From positions 1 to 10,776 of the forward strand of contig JBIOXB010000219.1 of the NCBI GenBank assembly GCA_044869275.1: 10,776 bases of DNA, given 5' to 3'. Below the pieces are notes generated by a model. That model was not told the DNA's origin, did no database searches, and saw only the letters and a list, made by a program, of their open reading frames with translations. The translations under genes were made by a program, and so were the position numbers. Positions 1 to 6,373 of the stretch are shown piece by piece. This stretch comes from a bacterium (GTDB lineage Bacteria; Zhuqueibacterota; Zhuqueibacteria; Zhuqueibacterales; Zhuqueibacteraceae). Position 1 is the stretch's first letter, and each line of letters opens with the position of its first letter.

Positions 1-31
1 GCAGATCGGTGACGGCCGTCTCGAAATCTTT

Positions 32-144
32 GGAAAACCGGCCTTACGGCCGTTTTACATATACCGGCGGGCGCGCGCTCGAGTTGTAAACGCAATGCAG
101 AGATTCAACTGATGTGAAATCTTCCGCGCGCTCGCCGGTTTTCC
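32..144. other. Nested inverted repeats, candidate structured RNA or terminator region
   Basis: 63-77 accggcgggcgcgcg pairs with 125-139 cgcgcgctcgccggt (15 bp, one G-T). Inner stem agttg 82-86 / caact 106-110. Alternative pairing ggaaaaccggc 32-42 / gccggttttcc 134-144. Small hairpin cggcc-ttac-ggccg at 39-52. Confidence 0.4.
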
Positions 145-248
145 TAATCCTTCCCGTCTGCTGTTTTATCAAGATGGTATCACCTCCCCTCTCCCCCTTT
201 TGAAAACCGAACACGATCAAGTTATAACCTGGGCGAGCCGGAACCAAA

Positions 249-334
249 AAAAACTTTTCGCCCACAAAAACGGAACTCCTACGAAAATGAAAATCTTTTT
301 TCGTGACAGTTCCATTTCGTGGGAGAAAGTTTTT
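249..334. repeat. Long imperfect palindrome, REP-like element (ccacgaaa...tttcgtgg type)
   Basis: 249-287 aaaaacttttcgcccacaaaaacggaactcctacgaaaa closely matches the reverse complement of 298-334 (aaaaactttctcccacgaaatggaactgtcacgaaaa). Confidence 0.65.
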
Positions 335-385
335 GCTTTTTTGGAGAGAGTGCACTTATAACTGGCTACAACGGATTTTCAGACA

Positions 386-481
386 AGCCGAAAACCGTAG
401 CCCTACGGGCGGCTCCAAACTGATAGATTAAGTCCAACGGATAAAACTCTTAGTCTTTTCATCAGTCGGTGTTAATCTATC
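386..481. repeat. Two further REP-like hairpins
   Basis: agccg(386-390)-aaaa-ccgtag-cc-ctacgg-g-cggct(410-414). gatagattaa 422-431 / ttaatctatc 472-481 is a perfect 10-bp stem with an imperfect inner extension (ccaacggataaaa / ttttcatcagtcgg). Confidence 0.55.
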
Positions 482-555
482 CATTGCGATAAAAAGTTGG
501 AATTTTATTTTGAGTTTGAAAAGTTAAGCGCGTAACGCAGTCGGCAAAATATATC

Positions 556-584
556 TTGAGTTTTCAGTGCTACGGGAGTATTTT
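556..584 (+). promoter_or_regulatory. Putative sigma70 promoter of the carboxypeptidase gene
   Basis: TTGAGT (556-561), 17 bp, TATTTT (579-584), 130 bp upstream of ATG 715. Confidence 0.35.
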
Positions 585-714
585 CGCAAAGTCGCAAGAA
601 GTTTTGCCGAATTCATGCTCACACTTGAGCAGTTCCTTCCGGTCGAGGCTGGAGTTTTAGTGCACTTTTCACACGCCGAACCCGCGATGATGACCATAAC
701 CTAGGGATGCCCGC

Positions 715-2589
715 ATGCTCAGAAGAAGTTTGATTCCTGTCTGCCTGCTGATTTTTGCCTTTGCCGCCGCTGCACAAGAAGCAATGCCACAGCGCCCGCG
801 CAAGCTGATACGCCTCGAGGCTCAAAACTGGCAGACAGCGCAGTGGCGCGAAGCGCTTGCGTCTGACATGGATTTGGTCGATTTCGACACGCGAAAAAAA
901 AGCATAGAAGCCATTGTCACGCCTGCCGAATTAGAAACACTGCAAAAGAAAGGTTTGAGCTTCACCATTCTGCACGATGATTTAGAAGAGTATGAGCGCC
1001 AATTGCGCGCACAGGATTATTTGGATCATTTTCACGATTACCAGAAAACCGTGGATGAAATCCTGCTGGCGGAATCTTTATACCCGCAGCTCGTACAAGT
1101 ATTGGACATTGGCGACAGTTGGGAAAAAGAGCAAGGCCTGGCCGATCGTGACATTTGGGCGGTAAAGATTTCTGATCATGCGGCGATTGAGGAGGGCGAG
1201 CCGGAGGTACTGATCGTGGGCTTGCATCATGCGCGCGAGATCATCACACCGGAAATCGTGCTGGATTACATGAACTATTTGCTCGAAAATTACGGCCATG
1301 ATCCTGACGTCACATATTTGGTGGACCATCGCCAAATCTGGCTTGTGCCGATCGTGAATCCTGACGGCTTGGATTATGTGTTCAGCACGGACATGATGTG
1401 GCGGAAAAATCGGCGAAGAAACTCGAATGGTTCCTATGGCGTGGATCTCAACCGCAATTACGGCTTTAAATGGGGCTATGACAATTTTGGTTCCAGCCCC
1501 AGCGGCTCCAGCGGCACGTATCGCGGCACGGCGGCTTTCTCCGAGCCGGAGACCGCGGCTTTGCGTGATTTCGTTTCGGCGCATCAATTTCGTGCCGCAC
1601 TATCGTATCATTCTTACGGCAACTATGTGATTTATCCTTGGGCCTACGAGGACGGCCCAACGCCGGATCACGCCAGTTTTGTCGCGCTCGCCGATAGCAT
1701 CGTGGCGTACAATCATTACCAGCGCGGCACGGGATTAGAAACCGTGGGTTACACCGTCAACGGCGATTCCGACGATTGGTTTTATGGCGAGCAAACCGCG
1801 AAAAACAAAGTGTTCAGCATGACGCCGGAAGTTGGATACTGGTTTCATCCGGACACTACTGACATCAAAAAATTGATTTTGGAAAATCGCGGGCCGAATT
1901 TGTTCATCACCTATGCGGCGGGGGAGGAGCCGGTGGTGCAATCGCAGCCCCTGCCAGACACGGTGAACCAGGCGGGGCCGTATCAAGTGGTGGCGCGAAT
2001 CACCACGCCGATCATGCTCTCGGAACCGGTGGCGCTGTCGCCACAAAACTTTTTTATGCACTTCAACACTTCCGGCCAATCACCGTTCGATTCAGTGGCA
2101 TTGGCGGCAACCGGCAATGCCGATGAATACGCCGCGGAGATTCCGGCGTTCGCCGGCGGGCAGAAGGTTTATTACTATTTCTCTGCCGCGGATGAAAATG
2201 GCCGCCGCGGCCATGCCCCGCGCGCCGCGTTGGCCGGAGAGTTGTTTTCAATCTATATCCCCATGAGCACTGCCGTGCTCGACCCCGGTGCTCAAAATGA
2301 AATCCCGCAAGATTTCGCGCTGCGCGGCTTCCCCAATCCGTTTCAACGTCGCCTCGCTTTGCAATACGACGTGCCGGCAAGCCACTCCGGCGCGATGATG
2401 GTCGAAATCATCAATGTCCTGGGGCAGCGCGTGCGCTTGCTGGCGCAGGCCGAAACGCGTCCGGGTCGTCATCAAATCGAATGGAACGGCGCGGATGATC
2501 ACGGCCGTTTCGCGCCTCCCGGAGTCTATTTCTGCCGCCTGCGCACCAGCAGCTTCGCGCGCACGCAAAAAATATTGCTGGTCAAGTGA
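715..2589 (+). CDS. Secreted M14 zinc carboxypeptidase (carboxypeptidase T-like) with prodomain and C-terminal T9SS type-A/FlgD Ig-like sorting domain
   Basis: Signal peptide MLRRSLIPVCLLIFAFAAAA. M14 motifs GLHHARE (HxxE Zn ligands), WRKNR, GVDLNRNY, SYHSYG (third Zn ligand) and MTPEVG (catalytic Glu). C-terminus FPNPF...IINVLGQRVRLL...WNGADDHG..APPGVYFCRL...KILLVK. Confidence 0.93.
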   Translation: MLRRSLIPVCLLIFAFAAAAQEAMPQRPRKLIRLEAQNWQTAQWREALASDMDLVDFDTRKKSIEAIVTPAELETLQKKGLSFTILHDDLEEYERQLRAQDYLDHFHDYQKTVDEILLAESLYPQLVQVLDIGDSWEKEQGLADRDIWAVKISDHAAIEEGEPEVLIVGLHHAREIITPEIVLDYMNYLLENYGHDPDVTYLVDHRQIWLVPIVNPDGLDYVFSTDMMWRKNRRRNSNGSYGVDLNRNYGFKWGYDNFGSSPSGSSGTYRGTAAFSEPETAALRDFVSAHQFRAALSYHSYGNYVIYPWAYEDGPTPDHASFVALADSIVAYNHYQRGTGLETVGYTVNGDSDDWFYGEQTAKNKVFSMTPEVGYWFHPDTTDIKKLILENRGPNLFITYAAGEEPVVQSQPLPDTVNQAGPYQVVARITTPIMLSEPVALSPQNFFMHFNTSGQSPFDSVALAATGNADEYAAEIPAFAGGQKVYYYFSAADENGRRGHAPRAALAGELFSIYIPMSTAVLDPGAQNEIPQDFALRGFPNPFQRRLALQYDVPASHSGAMMVEIINVLGQRVRLLAQAETRPGRHQIEWNGADDHGRFAPPGVYFCRLRTSSFARTQKILLVK

Positions 2590-2605
2590 TCATGGCCAAT
2601 GCTCT

Positions 2606-2623
2606 AAATAGAAAGCGCCGGGA
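2606..2623 (+). repeat. Left direct repeat flanking the two-gene cassette
   Basis: aaatagaaagcgccggga; 17/18 identical to aaataaaaagcgccggga at 3343-3360. Confidence 0.8.
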
Positions 2624-2670
2624 TACAGGAATAAACTAAACGCTCCGACAATAAGATACGAATTTGTGAC

Positions 2671-2699
2671 TTGATTTTTCGATTGCCTCTCGTTATACT
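2671..2699 (+). promoter_or_regulatory. Sigma70 promoter giving a predicted leaderless mRNA for the cassette
   Basis: TTGATT (2671-2676), 17 bp, TATACT (2694-2699). The A of ATG 2706 lies 7 nt after the -10 box, and there is no Shine-Dalgarno. Confidence 0.7.
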
Positions 2700-2705
2700 T
2701 TCAAC

Positions 2706-2948
2706 ATGGAACAATTCGAGGTGCTCTCGAAAATTTCCAGCGTCGAAACGATTGCTTGGGGACATGGCATCAAGATTCTGCCATTACTGCTCAAAAAGTA
2801 CGGCGGGAAACCTTCAGCTTGGCGCAAGAAAAAAGGCCAGGCGGTCATTCGGCAATTTGGGGTTTTGTTCCAAGCCGAATTGCATTGGTATGAAGCTCAT
2901 GGTCTCGGCAAGGTCGATATGAAAATCAAACACAAATTAAAAGTATGA
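2706..2948 (+). CDS. Small basic hypothetical protein, putative toxin of a two-gene module
   Basis: 80 aa with motifs ETIAxG, KYGGxPxxWRKxKG and AELHWYEAHGxG, which I recall from a widespread family of unannotated small proteins. Own promoter; ATGA overlap with the next gene. Confidence 0.8.
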   Translation: MEQFEVLSKISSVETIAWGHGIKILPLLLKKYGGKPSAWRKKKGQAVIRQFGVLFQAELHWYEAHGLGKVDMKIKHKLKV

Positions 2949-3229
2949 GTATTCAAGAACTGCGAAGAAAAAAGCTTGTGTTGTGCGTTGACGCGGGTGA
3001 ATACGAAGGCACGAGCTTGTTCGCCATGAAGATTTACGAGTATTTGCAAGATGCCGTCTCGGAGAAAGAGGGCTTCTTGCGCGTGGTTGACGAGGAAGGC
3101 GAGCCTTATTATTATGACGCCCGCGCTTTTCTCAAAATTACTGCGCGCCGCAATGGCCTATCGATTCCCTTCGCTTCATCACGCAAGCCGCGTTCGAAGC
3201 GAGCTGTATCGAAAGTCCGCAAATCCTGA
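2945..3229 (+). CDS. Small hypothetical protein, putative antitoxin/immunity partner
   Basis: 94 aa. Acidic beta-rich core LCVDxGxY..SL...KIYE...GFLRVVDEEGEPYYY...F plus a basic tail. Translationally coupled through ATGA at 2945-2948. Confidence 0.8.
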   Translation: MSIQELRRKKLVLCVDAGEYEGTSLFAMKIYEYLQDAVSEKEGFLRVVDEEGEPYYYDARAFLKITARRNGLSIPFASSRKPRSKRAVSKVRKS

Positions 3230-3342
3230 AGAGATCTCTATTGGGTTTTGCATATAGCGCTACTCGCCACCAGACCCGGTCTGCTTTTGAAATTGCGCGC
3301 CAACTGCAGCGTGGATTGTTTAAGAGCGAATTGATTGATGCC

Positions 3343-3382
3343 AAATAAAAAGCGCCGGGAGATGAGTTCTCCCGGCGCTTTT
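3343..3382. terminator. Bidirectional rho-independent terminator; contains the right direct repeat (3343-3360)
   Basis: Perfect 15-bp stem aaaagcgccgggaga (3348-3362), loop tgagt, tctcccggcgctttt (3368-3382). T-tracts on both strands; lies between convergent genes. Confidence 0.9.
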
Positions 3383-3447
3383 CGTTTTGCAGCACCGTCT
3401 GGACGCTGCGAGCGCCCGGACGGCGAAAGACGGTGAGAAGCACCTTC

Positions 3448-4788
3448 TTAATACACTTCGAGATAGCGATCCAATTCCCACTCGCTCACGTGCATGCGGT
3501 AGTCGTCCCATTCCTTGATTTTGGCTTCGTAGAGCTTGTCGAAGGTGTATTCGCCCAAAGCCTCGCGGATCACTTTGTCTTCCTTTAAAGCCTGCAAAGC
3601 TTCGTACAAATTGCGCGCGACGGTGGTAATTTTGCGCTCGGCGGCGTGCGCGTCGGTGAATTCGAAAATATTTTCTTCCACCGGCGGAGGCGGCGTCAAT
3701 TTCTTGTCGATGCCGTCGAGGCCCGCGGCCAGCATCACCGCGAACGCGAGGTACGGATTGGCCGAAGGATCCGGACAGCGCAACTCCACGCGCACGGCTT
3801 TCTCGCGTCCCGGCGTATAGCGCGGCACGCGCACCAGCGCTGAGCGATTGCGCTGGCCCCAGGCCACGTAAACCGGCGCCTCATAACCGACCACCAGGCG
3901 TTTGTAAGAATTAATGGTGGGATTGAGCACGGCGTTCATCGCCTGGATATGCACCATCTGCCCGGCGACGAAGGATTTGGCCAGCACCGAGAGATGATAA
4001 TCATCCGCAGCATCGAAAAACAAGTTCTTGCGTCCGTCGGCGGTGAACAGGCTTTGGTGCACGTGCATGCCCGAGCCGTTGATGCCGGCGATCGGTTTCG
4101 GCATAAACGTCGCATGCAAGCCGTGCTGGGTGGCAATGGTCTTCATCACGATCTTCAGCGTCATGGCGTGATCGGCGCAGCGCAGCGCGTTCTCGTAGCG
4201 GAAATCGATTTCGTGCTGCCCGGCAGCCACCTCGTGATGCAGCGCTTCCACCTGAATGCCGTATTCTTCCAGCGCGATGGTCATGTCTTTGCGGATCTCG
4301 TGCGCGAGATCCGTGGTTTGATCGAAATACCCGGCGCCATCATGCGGCAAAGCCGACAATTTGTGGTTCTCTTTGCGGAACAGAAAGAACTCCAGCTCCG
4401 GGCCGGTGTTGTAAAGATAGCCCGCTTTTTTCGCGCGCTCGAGCTGGCGCTTGAGAATGTAACGCGGATCGCCTTCGAACGGCTTGCCGTCGGGCATGTA
4501 GACGTCGCAAATCAGCCGCGCGGTGACGTGCGCGGTTTGCCGGGACCACGGCGAAATCGCCCAGGTGTCCAAATCCGGCGTGAGAAACATGTCGCTTTCG
4601 GAAATGCGCGTGAAGCCTTCGATCGAAGAGCCGTCGAACCACATATTGTGCTCGATCACGTCTTCGAGCTGCGCCACGGGGATGCCGACGCCCTTGGCCA
4701 CGCCGTGAATGTCAACAAATTGTAGATTGACGAATTTGACATTGTTTTCCTTAGCATGCGCAAGAATGTCGGCCTTGCTGTACGCCAT
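3448..4788 (-). CDS. glnA: Glutamine synthetase type I (GSI-alpha-like, 446 aa)
   Basis: Motifs FDGSSIEGF, GPELEFFLF, HHEVAAGQHEIDF, ATFMPKP..GINGSGMHVHQSL, NSYKRLV.GYEAP, NRSALVRVP, ELRCPDPSANPYLA. RBS AAAGGAG at 4803-4797. Confidence 0.97.
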   Translation of the reverse strand: MAYSKADILAHAKENNVKFVNLQFVDIHGVAKGVGIPVAQLEDVIEHNMWFDGSSIEGFTRISESDMFLTPDLDTWAISPWSRQTAHVTARLICDVYMPDGKPFEGDPRYILKRQLERAKKAGYLYNTGPELEFFLFRKENHKLSALPHDGAGYFDQTTDLAHEIRKDMTIALEEYGIQVEALHHEVAAGQHEIDFRYENALRCADHAMTLKIVMKTIATQHGLHATFMPKPIAGINGSGMHVHQSLFTADGRKNLFFDAADDYHLSVLAKSFVAGQMVHIQAMNAVLNPTINSYKRLVVGYEAPVYVAWGQRNRSALVRVPRYTPGREKAVRVELRCPDPSANPYLAFAVMLAAGLDGIDKKLTPPPPVEENIFEFTDAHAAERKITTVARNLYEALQALKEDKVIREALGEYTFDKLYEAKIKEWDDYRMHVSEWELDRYLEVY

Positions 4789-4869
4789 GAGAGTCGCTCC
4801 TTTGGATGGTGAGGGATGAAGGTTGATTTAGCCAAGCTGGGGTTCGAAACCTTGAGGCGGTAAAATCAC

Positions 4870-5346
4870 TCAATGCTCGCTGTGCAGGTGCTTGAGGGTA
4901 ATCACGCTTTCTTCCTTTGGGCTCGACAACACCACGTGTGTGCGCGTGTTGGTGACGCCCGGCCACGCCTGAATTTGCGCGAGCAGTTTTTCCAGCGTTT
5001 CCGTGGAATGGGTTTTGATTTTCAACAAATGCGAGCCGTCGCCGGTGATGGCGTGGCACTCCAAAATTTCAGGATGGGCCGAAGCGCGTTCGATGATTTT
5101 GGCATAGTGCGAAGGTGAATCGCTGGCAATGAAGATGAACGCGGTCAAGCCATAGCCGACCTTGCGTCCGTCCAGCACGGCGTGATAACCACGAATCACC
5201 CCCCGCTCTTCCAGCTTGCGCAAGCGTTCGCTCACTGCGGGAATGGAAAGCTTGACTTGCTCCGCCAGCTCGTTGCGCTTGGTGCGGCCCTGCAATTGCA
5301 AGGTTTGCAGGATTTGAATGTCGATGGCGTCTATCTTGTCGTGCAT
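4870..5346 (-). CDS. Lrp/AsnC family transcriptional regulator
   Basis: N-terminal HTH IDAIDIQILQTLQ..GR....ELAEQVKLS.PAVSERLRKLEERGVIRGY. C-terminal RAM domain ILECHAITGDGSHLLKI...GVTNTRTHVVLS. Confidence 0.95.
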   Translation of the reverse strand: MHDKIDAIDIQILQTLQLQGRTKRNELAEQVKLSIPAVSERLRKLEERGVIRGYHAVLDGRKVGYGLTAFIFIASDSPSHYAKIIERASAHPEILECHAITGDGSHLLKIKTHSTETLEKLLAQIQAWPGVTNTRTHVVLSSPKEESVITLKHLHSEH

Positions 5347-5488
5347 AAAAGCCCATGCTGCTTTGAGACATTGAACTTTGTAAAAACCCTCTAAGGTATT
5401 AGGTTTTGCGTGAAACGTAATGCGTAAATTTATTCATTCTATTAGCTTGCTTGTGCGGCTGCTGCGAGATGGGCAACATCATCTGTTT

Positions 5489-5881
5489 TCAATGCACCAG
5501 ATTTGCCGGTTGCAGCAGCGCAGTCACCATTGCGAACAAGGCACAAATGTCATTGGATTTTTCCACCACCGCATCCGCAGCCCAGGACCGAAAGCTTTCC
5601 TTGTATCCTAAAGCAGTGGTATTGACCACGATGGGAACGCGCTGCCGGCGCGCCGCGAAAGCCTCGATCAACTCCATGCCCGGCATGTCCGGCAGCGAAA
5701 CTTCCGAAACAATCAAATCGATTTTCTCGCGCGCAAACAATTCCAGCGCCTCGCGGCCGGAATGCGTGCACATCACGCGGTAACCTTTGGATTCAAACTC
5801 CGATTTGCAGTTCAAAGCGGTTTTCAAATCTTCGTCGACAACCAATACCGTGCGTGGTGCAGCCTCCGAATCAGCGTTCAT
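5489..5881 (-). CDS. Stand-alone receiver-domain protein (CheY-like) with phosphoacceptor Asp replaced by Glu
   Basis: Start reassigned to ATG 5881 (RBS AAGGAG 9 nt upstream), 130 aa. Motifs VLVVDED, SGREAL, IDLIVSEVSLPDMPG, VPIVVNT, AADAVVEKS. Confidence 0.88.
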   Translation of the reverse strand: MNADSEAAPRTVLVVDEDLKTALNCKSEFESKGYRVMCTHSGREALELFAREKIDLIVSEVSLPDMPGMELIEAFAARRQRVPIVVNTTALGYKESFRSWAADAVVEKSNDICALFAMVTALLQPANLVH

Positions 5882-5960
5882 GGTTTCGCGCTCCTTGAAC
5901 TTGTTGTTCCGCAAAAAATGGCTCGTGCCGGTTAGCCCGTTGGGCAAAAGAGATGAAGAA

Positions 5961-5988
5961 AATCTATGAAAAAATTTCGAAAAGTCAA
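5961..5988 (-). promoter_or_regulatory. Sigma70 promoter upstream of the receiver-Lrp-glnA cluster
   Basis: Minus strand TTGACT (5988-5983), 16 bp, TAGATT (5966-5961), with a very AT-rich UP-like tract at 5990-6045. Confidence 0.6.
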
Positions 5989-6228
5989 GTTAATTTTTAA
6001 TTAATTTAGGAATAAGTAGTCCAAACATTACAATTTAAATAATTCTCCCAAACAAGGCCTTCCAGCCCGTAAGTCATCACTGCAACGCCTGTTTCGAGAT
6101 TTTACCCAAAAAACAGCACTGTCATTTGTAACTTTCCCATATCACAGTCCATTTCGGCCTTTTGTCCATCGCCTGGGAGGATCCCAAGGAATCAAAGACT
6201 TTTTAAAGCGGTTTTTATACTCTTTTGA

Positions 6229-6280
6229 CCACGGATACCACGGATTAGGCTGACTTTCGCTGATTTTAGTGCTATCGTGG
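6229..6280. repeat. Degenerate REP-like element with 9-bp tandem units
   Basis: ccacggata-ccacggatt (6229-6246), followed by degenerate gctga units and a closing atcgtgg. Shares the acggat core with 371-376 and 437-442. Confidence 0.45.
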
Positions 6281-6373
6281 CTCTGAATTGGTCTAATTGG
6301 TTTTGACGGAGCCTTTTGATCAGATTATGCTTCGCATGGCCGAAAAGGAGTATAAACAAGCGCAAGCACGCCT

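Noticed and set aside
1..112. 3' end of an upstream CDS (frames ending ...GGRALEL* at 89 or ...MQRFN* at 112)
   Set aside because: Too short to choose a frame or assign a product from this window.
113..187. 16S rRNA-like words (tgtgaaatc; atcacctcc anti-SD)
   Set aside because: Isolated short matches with no surrounding rRNA sequence.
44..355. 103-aa ORF from the track
   Set aside because: The 5' part runs through palindromic repeats; only the SD-preceded 3' part is kept as a low-confidence candidate.
220..560. CRISPR array
   Set aside because: The repeats are inverted and degenerate, not identical direct repeats with regular spacers.
3230..3325. Possible integron attC after the cassette (gccaac...gtttaag; short palindromes agagatctct, tagcgcta, cagacc/ggtctg)
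   Set aside because: No proper R''/L''/L'/R' box arrangement or long hairpin; no integrase or cassette array.
3241..3348. 35-codon TTG ORF (LGFAYSATRHQ...ELIDAK) as a third cassette gene
   Set aside because: Weak start and RBS, no recognisable motif; could at most be a gene remnant.
3949..4725. 258-aa plus-strand ORF (likewise 1078-1587, 6923-7801, 8033-8872 and other short overlapping ORFs)
   Set aside because: Antisense shadows of GC-rich genes with clear family motifs; no independent support.
4789..5488. Sigma54, GlnR/TnrA or NtcA sites upstream of glnA and lrp
   Set aside because: I found no convincing TGGCAC-N5-TTGC, TGTNA-N7-TNACA or GTA-N8-TAC match in the intergenic parts by eye.
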